From: Eledone cirrhosa
Lineage: Eukaryota
Assembly (NCBI GenBank): GCA_964016885.1
Contig: OZ024743.1
Coordinates: 321,222,001-321,286,000, forward strand
Length of the DNA: 64,000 bases
Reading direction: 5' to 3'
Translations under genes and position numbers: made by a program
The notes under the pieces: generated by a model
The model's database searches: none
What the model saw: the letters and a program-made list of their open reading frames with translations, nothing else
Told to the model about the DNA's origin: nothing
Shown: piece by piece, positions 15,001 to 28,759 of the stretch
Layout: each line of letters starts with the position of its first letter
How positions within the stretch are numbered: the first letter of the stretch is position 1

Positions 15001-18000
15001 GCAGGGAATTGGCAGTGATGTCTTATTTAGTACCCAAGGCAGGGAATTGGCAGGGATATCTTATTTAGTACCCAAGGCAGGGAATTGGCAGGGATGTCTT
15101 ATTTAGTACCCAAGGCAGGGAATTGGCAGGGATGTCTTATTTAGTACCCAAGGCAGGGAATTGGCAGGGATATCTTATTTAGTACCCAAGGCAGGGAATT
15201 GTCAGGGATATCTTATTTAGTACCCAAGGCAGGGAATTGGCAGGGATGTCTTATTTAGTACCCAAGGCAGGGAATTGGCAGGGATGTCTTATTTAGTACC
15301 CAAGGCAGGGAATTGGCAGTGATGTCTTATTTAGTACACAAGGCAGGGAATTGGCAGGGATGTCTTATTTAGTACCCAAGGCAGGGAATTGGCAGGGATG
15401 TCTTATTTAGTACCCAAGGCAGGGAATTGACAAGGATATCTTATTTAGTAGCCAAGGCAGGGAATTGGTAGGGATGTCTTATTTGGTACCCGAGGCAGGG
15501 AATTGGCAGGGATATCTTATTTAGTACCCAAGGCAACGAATTGGCAGGGATGTCTTATTTAGTACCCAAGGCAGGGAATTGGCAGGGATGTCTTATTTAG
15601 TACCCAAGGCAGGGAATTGGCAGGGATGTCTTAGTTGGTACCCAAGGCAGGGAATTGGCAGGGATGTCTTATTTTGTACCCAAGGCAGGGAATTGGCAGG
15701 GATGTCTTATTTAGTACCCAAGGCAGGGAATTGGCAGGGATGTCTTATTTGGTACCCAAGGCAGGGAATTGGCAGGGATGTCTTATTTAGTACCCAAGGC
15801 GGGGAATTGGCAGGGATGTCTTATTTAGTACCCAAGGCAGGGAATTGGCAGGGATATCTTACTTAGTACCCAAGGCAGGGAATTGGCAGGTATGTCTTAT
15901 TTAGTACCCAAGGCAGGGAATTGGCAGGGATGTCTTATTTAGTACCCAAGGCAGGGAATTGGCAGGGATGTCTTATTTAGTACCCAAGGCAGGGAATTGG
16001 CAGGGATGTCTTATTTAGTACCCAAGGCCGGGAATTGGCAGGGATGTCTTATTTAGTACCCAAGGCAGGGAATTGGCAGGGATGTCTTATTTGGTTCCCA
16101 AGGCAGGGAATTGGCAGGGATGTCTTATTTTGTACCCAAGGCAGGGAATTGGCAGGGATATCTTATTTAGTACCCAAGGCAGGGAATTGGCAGGGATGTC
16201 ATATTTAGTACCCAAGGCAGGGAATTGGCAGGGGTGTCTTATTTGGTACCCAAGCCAGGGAATTGGCAGGGATATCTTATTTAGTACCCAAGGCAGGGAA
16301 TTGGCAGGGATGTCTTATTTAGTACCCAAGGCAGGAAATTGGCAGGGATGTCTTATTTAGTACCCAAGGCAGGGAATTGGCAGGGATATCTTATTTAGTA
16401 CCCAAGGCAGGGAATTGGCAGGGATGTCTTATTTAGTACCCAAGGCAGGGAATTGGCAGGGATGTCTTATTTAGTACCCAAGGCAGGGAATTGGCAGGGA
16501 TGTCTTATTTAGTCCCCAAGGCAGGTAATTGGCAGGGATGTCTTATTTAGTACCCAAGGCCGGGAATTGGCAGGGATATCTTATTTAGCACCCAAGGCAG
16601 GGAATTGGCAGGGATGTCTTATTTAGTACCCAAGGCAGGGAATTGGCAGGGATGACTTATTTGGTATCCAAGGCAGGGAATTGGCAGGGATGTCTTATTT
16701 TGTACCCAAGGCAGGGAAGTGGCAGGGATATCTTATTTAGTACCCAAGGCAGGGAATTGGCAGGGATGTCTTATTTGGTACCCAAGACAGGGAATTGGCA
16801 GGGATGTCTTATTTAGTACCCAAGGCAGGGAATTGGCAGGGATGTCTTATTTAGTACCCAAGGCAGGGAATTGGCAGGGATGTCTTATTTGGTACCCAAG
16901 GCAGGGAATTGGCAGGGATGTCTTATTTAGTACCCAAGGCAGGGAATTGGCAGGGATGTCTTATTTGGTACCCAAGACAGGGAATTGGCAGGGATGTCTT
17001 ATTTGGTACCCAAGTCAGGGAATTGGCAGGGATGTCTTATTTAGTACTCAATACAGGGAATTGGCAGGGATGTCTTATTTGGTACCCAAGTCAGGGAATT
17101 GGCAGGGATGTCTTATTTAGTACTCAATACAGGGAATTGGCAGGGATGTCTTATTTAGTACCCAAGGCAGGGAATTGGCAGGGATATCTTATTTAGTACC
17201 CAAGGCAGGGATTTGGCAGTGATGTCTTATTTAGTACCCAAGGCAGGGAATTGGCAGGGATGTCTTATTTAGTACCCAAGGCAGGGAATTGGCAGTGATG
17301 TCTTATTTAGTACCCAAGGCTGGGAATTGGCAGGGATATCTTATTTAGTACCCAAGGCAGGGAATTGTCAGGGATATCTTATTTAGTACCTAAGGCAGGG
17401 AATTGGCAGGGATATCTTATTTAGTACCCAAGGCAGGGAATTGGCAGTGATGTCTTATTTAGTACCCAAGGCAGGGAATTGGCAGGGATATCTTATTTAG
17501 TACCCAAGGCAGGGAATTGGCAGGGATGTCTTATTTAGTACCCAAGGCAGGGAATTGGCAGGGATGTCTTATTTAGTACCCAAGGCAGGGAATTGGCAGG
17601 GATATCTTATTTAGTACCCAAGGCAGGGAATTGTCAGGGATATCTTATTTAGTACCCAAGGCAGGGAATTGGCAGGGATGTCTTATTTAGTACCCAAGGC
17701 AGGGAATTGGCAGGGATGTCTTATTTAGTACCCAAGGCAGGGAATTGGCAGTGATGTCTTATTTAGTACACAAGGCAGGGAATTGGCAGGGATGTCTTAT
17801 TTAGTACCCAAGGCAGGGAATTGGCAGGGATGTCTTATTTAGTACCCAAGGCAGGCAATTGACAAGGATATCTTATTTAGTAGCCAAGGCAGGGAATTGG
17901 TAGGGATGTCTTATTTGGTACCCAAGGCAGGGAATTGGCAGGGATATCTTATTTAGTACCCAAGGCAACGAATTGGCAGGGATGTCTTATTTAGTACCCA

Positions 18001-21000
18001 AGGCAGGGAATTGGCAGGGATGTCTTATTTAGTACCCAAGGCAGGGAATTGGCAGGGATGTCTTAGTTGGTACCCAAGGCAGGGAATTGGCAGGGATGTC
18101 TTATTTTGTACCCAAGGCAGGGAATTGGCAGGGATGTCTTATTTAGTACCCAAGGCAGGGAATTGGCAGGGATGTCTTATTTGGTACCCAAGGCAGGGAA
18201 TTGGCAGGGATGTCTTATTTAGTACCCAAGGCGGGGAATTGGCAGGGATGTCTTATTTAGTACCCAAGGCAGGGAATTGGCAGGGATATCTTACTTAGTA
18301 CCCAAGGCAGGGAATTGGCAGGTATGTCTTATTTAGTACCCAAGGCAGGGAATTGGCAGGGATGTCTTATTTAGTACCCAAGGCAGGGAATTGGCAGGGA
18401 TGTCTTATTTAGTACCCAAGGCAGGGAATTGGCAGGGATGTCTTATTTGGTATCCAAGGCAGTGAATTGGCAGTGATGTCTTATTTTGTACCCAAGGCTG
18501 GGAATTGGCAGGGATATCTTATTTAGTACCCAAGGCAGGGAATTGGCAGGGATGTCTTATTTGGTACCCAAGACAGGGAATTGGCAGGGATGTCTTATTT
18601 AGTACCCAAGGCAGGGAATTGGCAGGGATGTCTTATTTGGTACCCAAGACAGGGAATTGGCAGGGATGTCTTATTTGGTACCCAAGTCAGGGAATTGGCA
18701 GGGATGTCTTATTTAGTACTCAATACAGGGAATTGGCAGGGATGTCTTATTTGGTACCCAAGTCAGGGAATTGGCAGGGATGTCTTATTTAGTACTCAAT
18801 ACAGGGATTTGGCAGGGATGTCTTATTTAGTACCCAAGGCAGGGAATTGGCAGGGATATCTTATTTAGTACCCAAGGCAGGGATTTGGCAGTGATGTCTT
18901 ATTTAGTACCCAAGGCAGGGAATTGGCAGGGATGTCTTATTTAGTACCCAAGGCAGGGAATTGGCAGGGATGTCTTATTTAGTACCCAAGGCAGGGAATT
19001 GGCAGTGATGTCTTATTTAGTACCCAAGGCTGGGAATTGGCAGGGATATCTTATTTAGTACCCAAGGCAGGGAATTGTCAGGGATATCTTATTTAGTACC
19101 TAAGGCAGGGAATTGGCAGGGATATCTTATTTAGTACCCAAGGCAGGGAATTGGCAGTGATATCATATTTAGTACCCAAGGCAGGGAATTGGCAGGGATA
19201 TCTTATTTAGTACCCAAGGCAGGGAATTGGCAGGGATGTCTTATTTAGTACCCAAGGCAGGGAATTGGCAGGGATGTCTTATTTAGTACCCAAGGCAGGG
19301 AATTGGCAGGGATGTCTTATTTAGTACCCAAGGCAGGGAATTGGCAGGGATGTCTTATTTAGTACCCAAGGCAGGGAATTGGCAGGGATGTCTTATTTAG
19401 TACACAAGGCAGGGAATTGGCAGGGATGTCTTATTTAGTACCCAAGGCAGGGAATTGGCAGGGATGTCTTATTTAGTACCCAAGGCAGGAAATTGACAAG
19501 GATATCTTATTTAGTAGCCAAGGCAGGGAATTGGCAGGGATGTCTTATTTGGTACCCAAGGCAGGGAATTGGCAGGGATATCTTATTTAGTACCCAAGGC
19601 AACGAATTGGCAGGGATGTCTTATTTAGTACCCAAGGCAGGGAATTGGCAGGGATGTCTTATTTAGTACCCAAGGCAGGGAATTGGCAGGGATGTCTTAG
19701 TTGGTACCCAAGGCAGGGAATTGGCAGGGATGTCTTATTTTGTACCCAAGGCAGGGAATTGGCAGGGATGTCTTATTTAGTACCCAAGGCAGGGAATTGG
19801 CAGGGATGTCTTATTTGGTACCCAAGGCGGGGAATTGGCAGGGATGTCTTATTTAGTACCCAAGGCAGGGAATTGGCAGGGATGTCTTATTTAGTACCCA
19901 AGGCAGGGAATTGGCAGGGATGTCTTATTTAGTACCCAAGGCAGGGAATTGGCAGGGATATCTTACTTAGTACCCAAGGCAGGGAATTGGCAGGTATGTC
20001 TTATTTAGTACCCAAGGCAGGGAATTGGCAGGTATGTCTTATTTAGTACCCAAGGCAGGGAATTGGCAGGGATGTCTTATTTAGTACCCAAGGCAGGGAA
20101 TTGGCAGGGATGTCTTATTTAGTACCCAAGGCAGGGAATTGGCAGGGATGTCTTATTTAGTACCCAAGGCCGGGAATTGGCAGGGATATCTTATTTAGTA
20201 CCCAAGGCAGGGAATTGGCAGGGATGTCTTATTTAGTACCCAAGGCAGGGAATTGGCAGGGATGTCTTATTTGGTATCCAAGGCAGGGAATTGGCAGTGA
20301 TGTCTTATTTTGTACCCAAGGCAGGGAAGTGGCAGGGATATCTTATTTAGTACCCAAGGCAGGGAATTGGCAGGGATGTCTTATTTGGTACCCAAGACAG
20401 GGAATTGGCAGGGATGTCTTATTTAGTACCCAAGGCAGGGAATTGGCAGGGATGTCTTATTTAGTACCCAAGGCAGGGAATTGGCAGGGATGTCTTATTT
20501 GGTACCCAAGAGAGGGAATTGGCAGGGATGTCTTATTTGGTACCCAAGAAGGGAATTGGCAGGGATGTCTTATTTAGTACTCAATACAGGAAATTGGCAG
20601 GGATGTCTTATTTGGTACCCAAGACAGGGAATTGGCAGGGATGTCTTATTTAGTACTCAATACAGGGAATTGGCAGGGATGTCTTATTTAGTACCCAAGG
20701 CAGGGAATTGGCAGGGATATCTTATTTAGTACCCAAGGCAGGGAATTGGCAGTGATGTCTTATTTAGTACCCAAGGCAGGGAATTGGCAGGGATGTTTTA
20801 TTTAGTACCCAAGGCAGGGAATTGGCAGGGATGTCTTATTTAGTACCCAAGGCAGGGAATTGGCTGTGATGTCTTATTTAGTACCCAAGGCAGGGAATTG
20901 GCAGGGATATCTTATTTAGTACCCAAGGCAGGGAATTGGCAGGGATATCTTATTTAGTACCCAAGGCAGGGAATTGGTAGGGATGTCTTAGTTAGTACTC

Positions 21001-21002
21001 AA

Positions 21003-21016
<14 letters not shown>
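1..21016. repeat. 38-bp tandem satellite (~550 units, continues beyond the left edge), consensus AAGGCAGGGAATTGGCAGGGATGTCTTATTTAGTACCC; probably intronic to the MAM gene
   Basis: Uninterrupted head-to-tail 38-mer with point variants, 37-bp variants (CAAGCAGGG) and 27-bp variants lacking one GGCAGGGAATT. No unique spacers. Confidence 0.99.
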
Positions 21017-21261
<245 letters not shown>

Positions 21262-22321
21262 TTCTCATTAAATGAAAGTGATAATTTCTGTTACTTAAGG
21301 TATCATATTTATGTTGGAAATGTTTGTAAAACTAGAGTAAGAGTTCATAATTTCTCTTCAGAGAAGTACGGCTGTTTGTTGGTGTAACCAACTTCAGAAT
21401 CATCCTACATTCAAATAACACACTGATGTAAAGTCAATGATACGGTCTATATTAGTAGAGTATATTATTGGTCACTAAACTGACAGCCAAGATCTCATAC
21501 AATTTGGAAGGAAGGAGACTCAGTAACAGCTATAGTGTGTCCCCACCAATGTACAGAGTCACACTCTAAAATCACAAGCCCTTTTCATCACCCTCAAATA
21601 GTACACCCTAGAGCTAATATCTAATGTCACTAAGATCTTCAATCTTATGCTCTCTCAACAGGAATTAGTCATGGAAACATGCCACAGTGTCTCTCTTTTC
21701 TGAGAAATCTAATGTCCCTGATCCTGCCAAGTATCAACTTATCACACTCACTTCCAACACTTTATAAAAAAAGTCATCTTCTACAACATTGCAATTTTCT
21801 ATGGTGAGACTTGCCCAACATTACCATTTATGTCAGTTCACCCATAACTTTTGAATGGCTGGAGATAAATATAACTAAAGTATATTAGTTTTTGCTTATG
21901 CAGTGTTTAGTAGGCTGAGATGGCTGCCTACTTGGTCTAGGACATATATGTCAGTCATGTAGGCTGTTTTCATAATCTACAGCATACTATACCAGTACCA
22001 TTATTCTAATATATTGCTTTTGTGTCAAGACTCAGTAGATAGATCCCACTGGAAAACCAAAGACCTCACCACTTGCAACAGCGACATCATAAATAAATAT
22101 AAAACAGACAAAACCTTGATGTTAAAAATATATTTATAAGTAATTAATGGTGTTATTTTAAATATTTTTTTCTAAATAATTATAAGGAAACTGAAATATG
22201 TTTTGTTTTTTTCCAATTATAAATGGAATCTATTTTATTTTGCAAGTATATCTTTGCAAATAAATAGCATAGTTAAATTTTAATAGTGAAAATAACTACA
22301 ACTTATCTGTTTGTTTTATAG

Positions 22322-22663
22322 GAGACTATCTGGCCTATGAAAATTACTACAGTCGCGGGAGTAAAAGCTCTGTGATATCACCTCTGGCTGATTTACCGCC
22401 ATTCAACACCAAAGTCACTTTCTCTTACTACATGACTGGTAATGAACTACAAGTAAGATTTGTGGATGATGGAGTAAAACCACAGAATACCGAAGCAAAA
22501 CATTTCTGGCAAGATTCTGGAAACCATGGGAATAAATGGCAATATGGTTGCATGAATTTACCCAGTAAAAGAGGAAGAATTATATTCACTGCTACTGCTG
22601 GAAATGCAAGATATAAAAGAATAGCTCTTGATGATATTACTATTGAGAATGGCACTTGTCAAA
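22322..22663 (+). CDS. Internal exon A of a tandem MAM-domain protein: C-terminal half of a divergent MAM domain
   Basis: Acceptor ttgttttatag, donor A|gtaagt; 342 nt, phase 1-1. Translates (G)DYLAYENYYSRGSKSSVISP...TFSYYMTG...FWQDSGNHGNKWQYGC...IALDDITIENGTC, with the MAM motifs LxSP, FxYxMxG, W..G.W and IALDDI...C. Confidence 0.9.
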
Positions 22664-22893
22664 GTAAGTAGACTTGTTTTTCTATATTTACATGTGTTGC
22701 TCAGGGTTTTCAGCATTGCTCAACTTCTCTAATTATTTTACTTTTGTTTTACCTTTTTTATGAAAAATATATTTTCTCATATTTTAACTAAACTAGTTCA
22801 ATTTTTATTTTCATAAAACTATTTATAACTTCACAGATGGAAACACTTTAAGTAGAGATCTACCCAATAAGGGTTGACCTGGGCATAAATAAT

Positions 22894-23072
22894 TGTTTCT
22901 ACTTTAGGCACAAGGCCAACAAATACCCAGTGCATTACTGGTACTTTATTTTATCGACCCCGTAAGGATGAAAGGCAAAGTCAACCTCGGCGGGATTTGA
23001 ACTCAGATCGTAAAGGGACATAACTTTGCTGGAAAGCATGGCGTCCGACCCTCTACCGATACTGCCAATCCA
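22894..23072 (-). mobile_element. Young tRNA-derived SINE (short form)
   Basis: A-box-like TGGCAGTATCGG, B-box GAGTTCAAATCC, core CTTTGCCTTTCATCC..GGGGTCGATAAAATAAAGTACCAG; flanking direct repeat CATAAATAAT (22884-22893 / 23073-23082). Confidence 0.93.
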
Positions 23073-23281
23073 CATAAATAATAATAGCAATCTACAAACT
23101 GAATTAATGTATTATATAGCTGTGTATTTAAAAAAATGTGTATGGCAGCAAAGGGGACATGAACTATTCTACTAAGTGGCACTTTAACGAAGTGTCCTTA
23201 ATTATAGTCTCAGACCAACCAATGTTTTGAGTGAATTTGGTAGAGGGAATCTATATGATGCCTATCTTTTGTATGTGTGCT

Positions 23282-23282
<1 letters not shown>

Positions 23283-23314
<32 letters not shown>

Positions 23315-23335
23315 GTGTGTGTGTGCATGTGCATA
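23283..23335. repeat. (GT)n microsatellite
   Basis: Direct reading. Confidence 0.9.
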
Positions 23336-23419
23336 CATGCTCTGTTGCCAGTAGTCACAAAAGTCATATCAGTACCATTTATAAAAACCTTACAGTGTCA
23401 AGTTATGTTCTCCTAAATA

Positions 23420-23595
23420 ATTGTTTCTACTTCAGGCACAAGGCCAGCAATTACCCAGTGCATTACTGGTACTTCATTTTATCGACCCCGTAAGGATGAA
23501 AGGCAAAGTTAACCTTGGCAAGATTTGAACTCAGAATGGCAAGGGCCGTAACTCTATGTGTCCGACCCTTTACCGATACTGCCAATCCACCGCCA
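23420..23595 (-). mobile_element. tRNA-derived SINE (short form)
   Basis: Same boxes and core as the other copies; imperfect flanking repeat TATGTTC(TC)CTAAATAAT. Confidence 0.9.
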
Positions 23596-23609
23596 TATGT
23601 TCTAAATAA

Positions 23610-23801
23610 TGATTTCTAGTATAGGCACAAGGCCAGTAATTTGGGGGGAAGGGGAAAGTCGATTAAATCGACCCCAATATGTTACTGGTGCTTTATTTTA
23701 TTGACCCTGTAAGGATGAAAGGCAAAGTTAACTACGGCGAATTTGAACTCAGAACTTAAAGGGCCATAGCTCTATGCTGCAAAGCATGGTGTCTGAAACT
23801 C

Positions 23802-23803
<2 letters not shown>
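23610..23803 (-). mobile_element. tRNA-derived SINE (long form with GGGGTCGATTTAATCGACTTTCCCC segment), head truncated at a (TAA)n tract
   Basis: B-box and core present; sequence breaks at ...AAACTCTA and is followed by (TAA)n. Confidence 0.85.
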
Positions 23804-23833
<30 letters not shown>

Positions 23834-23835
<2 letters not shown>

Positions 23836-24440
23836 TTAACTCTGGGTGTCCACAGCTGGTAAAAACTGACTATATCGAAAGACACAAATATGTGAACTGG
23901 ATGCTCTGCCCCTCTCATGACATCCAAACGTCTAACAAATAGTATGAACATCAACCATAAACAGTCATGGAAAAGGGCAACAAATCCATCTTGTGGTATA
24001 TGCCTGTGATAACCAACCGAGAAATCGCTGCCAACAGACCAGATATCATCATAAAAAATGAAACAGATCAGACATGTAGTCTTATAGATATTTCCATACC
24101 AGCTGATAAGAATACATCTATAAAAACAATGAAACAACTGTCAAGATGCAAAGACCTGGAAATAAAGATCAACCGCATCTGGCAGGTGACCACAAGCACT
24201 ATCTCTGTAGTAATAGAGGATTAGGATTAATACCCAAATCCTCCGACCTGCACCTTAGCATCCTTCCCTGCAAGATCAGCAAATATGAGCTACAGAAGAT
24301 CGAGCTACTAGGAACAGCACACATTCTCAGACAAGTTCTCTCTCTTCAATGAAAACATCTATTGCCCTAGGTTCAAGGCCTGAACCCGGCTACAGAGAAA
24401 CAGAACTGAACTAAATGAAATAACACAACAAAAACAACAA
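23834..24440 (+). mobile_element. 5'-truncated 3' end of an R4/Dong-like (restriction-like endonuclease) non-LTR retrotransposon, flanked by (TAA)n
   Basis: SGCP.L, NRPDIIIK...IDISIP (PD..D motif), C-terminal LQKIELLGTAHILRQVL. Closely similar to 28390-28735. (TAA)~10 upstream and CAA/TAA repeats downstream. Confidence 0.88.
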
Positions 24441-24464
24441 CAATAATAATAATTATTATTATTA

Positions 24465-24907
24465 CTAGCAGAAAAACCACCCTTCGGGTGGTTTTCTGCT
24501 AGCATGTGTAGTGTGTATACACAAATATATATGCATGTAAATAAAATCGTAATTGACAATATACACAGAAATTGAACGAAGACTGTGTTACACTGTCTCA
24601 TGTAATCAGTAACGTAATCCATGATACATTAAAAAAAGACGATATTATATATAAACTGCATTATGAGGAAATTATCAACGGAAATATATGCGATTATAAG
24701 TGTTATAATATAACATTTGACTATTTTAAAGAAGTGAATCTTTAAATAAGCTATAAAATATATTTAATCAACAGTCACGAAATTTAGTAGATAAATTATG
24801 TAATATTCATTCATTTTTTATTCAAAGTATCCAACTTATTTTACAAACAGGGTAAAAAAATATATTCTGGGTGCAGTCCCGCACTCCTTTCTTTATTATA
24901 GTTTAGA
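24465..24907 (-). mobile_element. Non-autonomous Helitron-like element (443 bp)
   Basis: Minus strand starts A|TCTAAACTATAATAAAG and ends with hairpin ACCACCC-GAA-GGGTGGT, then TTTTCTG-CTAG|T. That gives 5'-TC, 3'-CTAG, a subterminal hairpin, an A|T insertion site and no TSD. Confidence 0.8.
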
Positions 24908-24949
24908 TATATATTATTGAAGTTAATGAACTAACATTATTTCATAACT

Positions 24950-25135
24950 GGTGGTGGATTGGCAGTATCCGTAGAGGGTCGGACGCCATGCTTTCCAGCA
25001 TAGTTACGTCCCTTTATGATCTGAATTCAAATCCTGCCAAGGTTAACTTTGCCTTTCATCTTTACGGGATCGATAAAATAAAGTACCAGTAATGCACTGG
25101 GATAATTGCTGGCCTTGTGCCAAAAAGTAGAAACT
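24950..25135 (+). mobile_element. Young tRNA-derived SINE (short form)
   Basis: Boxes and core present; flanking direct repeat ATTATTTCATAACTGG (24936-24951 / 25136-25151). Confidence 0.93.
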
Positions 25136-25229
25136 ATTATTTCATAACTGGAAGTATTGTGTTGAAGAGAAGAAGTTAAAGAAAAATCAATAAAAAGCAC
25201 CAGTAGTAGGGAATGGGGGAGTCTTAATG

Positions 25230-28200
25230 GGACACCACGCCATGCTAATATTATCTTGGTACACAACACTTCATTGATCACGAACTCCACTGGTGCGTGG
25301 GCTAGATCCATACTAGGATCAGTGGCTATGGAAGAGTACCCAGGCAGAAAACTAAACCCTTAACAAATTGATGGTACAAACAAGAAGTAAATCATACTGC
25401 ATCAGTCATCACGTGGATTACCAAGGCCAACGTCCCTCAGTGAGGAACCACACCGAGGTAAAAAAATCAGTAAATGGTACAACCCTCTCCCATACACCCT
25501 GCAGTGACCCACATATTGAGGATAGACCTCACAACCAGCCACAGGGTGACAACACCAAGGTGCATGCTAAAAAGCCATGACAAACATGGACCAGAGAGGA
25601 ATACAAAGCAGTGATGGCTGCATACTATACTGTCATCCTGTTTCCAAGAGAGATTCGTCAACACAAGAAACTTATAGAATCTGGAGGAAATCCAACCTTA
25701 ACTCTAGAGAATACATAGACATGAATAAGTTAGCTAATTTGAGAAGAGACATTATGAGGAGCAAAAGGCTCACTGAATCAGAACTGAAAACCATCAAAGG
25801 AGAGATAAATGAGTAACATAACAACCCCAGTCAAGAAGGATACCTGCATATAGCACAAGCAGCAGACAGTGAGGGTATTGCTGAAACTCCCATAGTTGAG
25901 AACCTCAGTGAACATGAACATGTAGGTGATGGCTCACTGGTTGATGCTGCTGTCTGGACAAGGAAGAAAGATATTCTGCGTGAGAGGGAGATTCTGAAAA
26001 TGCAAGACTTGATAGATCAGAAAAAATGAAGAAAGTACCCACAGACATGCATCAACTAAAGAAGAAGGTCAACCTAGATAACAAAGCACTAGAGGTAATA
26101 AGAGGCAAACACAGAAAACCACTAACACTTGATGAAATTAACCAGCTGCTATATGCCACTGCAACCGTGATTGCTGGCAAGCTGCACCATAAAATGTGTA
26201 CAGGAAAAATAAACACAAAGGGAATACTGAAATGGCAGACACAGCTGGAGAACAAAATTACAAAGTTGAGGAGAGATGTCTCTCTCGTATTCGAAATAGA
26301 TAAGGGAACTGATATCCACCCTCAAAAGCTTTCTAGGCTGAGGAAGAAATACAAGGCCAACCAGACAACAGACTGGAAAGAAATTGCTGAATCAATCAAG
26401 CAAAAGATACAGGCAAAGGTGCAGAGACTAAAAAGATGCAAAAAAAGAGCCAACTTCTTTAAACAAAACAAAATCTTTGCCGAAGATGACAAAAGATTTT
26501 ATAGAGAGTTAGGTAAGAAAAATATTGAAATAAGGCAACCACCTGAGCTTGATGAGGTTGAACAATTTTGGGCAAATATCTGGGAAAAAGCTAAAGACCA
26601 CAACTCCAATGCCACATAGCTGAAACAATTGGAAATCCTTACTTGCACCCAGGAATGGAATGAGATCAACTCACAAGAAATAAAAACAGCAGTCAGCAAT
26701 GTTGGAAACTGGAAATCACCAGGCAGAGATGGCTTGCTTGCAGAATTTCTGGCTGAAACATCTGGATGTGCTCCATGAAGCCTTGGCTGCTGAATTCTCC
26801 AAGATTGTTGCAAACCCAAGAGAGGTCCCAAAGTGGATGATAACTGGCATAACGTATCTTCTACCAAAGAATGAACGCACAGAAAATCCAAAAACTTCAG
26901 ACCAATTACATGTCTCCCAATGATGTACAAAACCCTCATATCAGTGATTACCAACAGGGTCTACAATTACCTTGTCTTTGGAGATCTATTGCCACCTGAA
27001 CAAAAAGGCTGTAAACAAGAGAGTTATGGGTGCAAAGATCAGCTACTGATAAATAGATTCATAATGGAAAACTGCAAACAGAAAAATAAAAACCTGTCAA
27101 TGGCCTAGATAGACTACAAGATGGCATTTGACATGGATCATGAATACTCTAGAAATGCATCACAGAGCACCTGAGATCACAACTTTCCCGAAGGCAATGA
27201 TGACAGACTGGAAATCTCTGATGGTCCTTCAACACCACAACGGACCACTGGGATGTAGACAGATTAGGATTAATCATGGAATATTCCAAGGCAACACATT
27301 GTCCGCTTTCCTGTTCTGTATGTCATTTGCCATTAAGTCAGTTAGTGCAGAGAACAGGCTATGGATATAAAATAGACAACAGCCACTACAGTCACCTTTA
27401 TATGGATGATATCAAGCTATTTGGAAACAATGATGGGCAGCTGAAAGGTTTACTGCACACAGTAAAACAATTCAGTGATGACATCTATATGGAATTTGGA
27501 CTGGAAAAGTGTGCAAAAGCCACAACGAAGAGAGGGTTGCTTTCTAACCATAAAGATATTGTCATAGACCAACAAACTACCATAAAGAACTTAACAATGA
27601 AGAGTTCTACAAATGAAGGAGATATCCAGCATGCAAGTATGAAAGAAAAGATACAGAAGGAGTACATAAAGAGAGTGAGACTGGTAACAAAAAGTGAGCT
27701 AAACTCCTGCAACAAGTTCAAAGACATTAACAGTCTAGCATTACCAGTTGTAACATACCAGCTCTAATATCATAAACTGGAACCTGCAAGAACTACAAAG
27801 GTTGGACTCTAAGACAAGGAAACTATTGACAACGGAAAAAATGCACCACCCTAAAATCAATCTACATATGCTGTGTATCTCAGAGAGAGAAAGGGTAAGG
27901 GGGCTCCAACAACTGGAAGCTGCATACCATTGGATTGGATAGCTACCTCCACCATACCCAAGATGAAATCCTTAAGTCTGTACTCAAGCATGAACGAATT
28001 AAGAAACTACACTCAATAACAAAAGAGTCAAGAAAATTTAGGCAAAAACTGAACATGGAACAAGACGTACCAATAGAAAATCAACAACAGAGTGCTGCAC
28101 TGCTAGCTATGACTGTGAAGATCAAAGCAAAGAAACTCCAAACAGTGGAACTAAACCATGAATGGAAGGCAAAACCACTACATGGCAGATTCCCAGAACG

Positions 28201-28735
28201 ACTTTCTGACAATGATATCAATCAGCATGGCTCACTATCCTGGCACAGAAATGTTGGTTTGAAAGCAGACACTGAGGGACCCATAGTTGCTGCACAAAAC
28301 AAATCTCAAAACACTTGGACACAGAATAGTGAAAGATGAGACTAGCTTTCTATGCAGAATATGCTACAAACATGAAGAAACAGTAGATCATGTTATCTGG
28401 GTGTCCAGAGCTGGCAAAACTAACTATATCGAAAGACACAACCACATTGCCAAATATGTGCACTGGATGCTGTCACACTCATGACATCCAAACGACTAAC
28501 AAAAGGTATGAACATCAACCATTAACAGTCATGGAAAAGGGCAACATATCCATCTTGTGGGATATGCCTGTGATAACCAATCGAGAAATCACTGCCAACA
28601 GACCAGATATCATCATAAAAAACAAAACAGATCAGACATGTAGCCTTATAGATATTTCCATACCAGCTGATAAGAATACATCTATAAAAACAATGAAAAA
28701 ACTGTCAAGATGCAAAGACCTGGAAATAGAGATCC
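25230..28735 (+). mobile_element. Near full-length but pseudogenised R4/Dong-like non-LTR retrotransposon (RT + CCHC + RLE endonuclease), 3' end missing
   Basis: Across frameshifts: N-terminal WTREEY..VMAAYY, NWKSPGRD, G.TYLLPK, RPITCL, EQKGC...GCKDQL, GIFQG, HLYMDDIKLF (27399-27410), MEFGLEKCA, CRIC...ETVDHV.SGC, RHNH, NRPDII...IDISIP. 5' boundary approximate. Confidence 0.9.
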
Positions 28736-28759
28736 ATTTTAAAGATGAGAGGGTATGAA

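Noticed and set aside
372-20729. Repetitive protein (MAGMSYLVPKAGNWQG...) encoded by the satellite
   Set aside because: A 38-bp unit cycles through frames and hits TAG every 114 bp. ORFs appear only where TAG is mutated (TGG/TTG/TAC), never exceed 171 aa, and 37-bp units shift the frame.
21300-22100. Possible very old Penelope/GIY-YIG remnant or missing MAM N-half exon
   Set aside because: Only faint motif hints; no CxF(D/E)..C pattern with splice sites found.
24465-24502. Rho-independent terminator
   Set aside because: Eukaryotic context; better explained as a Helitron 3' hairpin.
25368-28758. Active retrotransposon or domesticated RT gene
   Set aside because: Many stops and frameshifts and a missing 3' end. 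No element in the window has an intact ORF.
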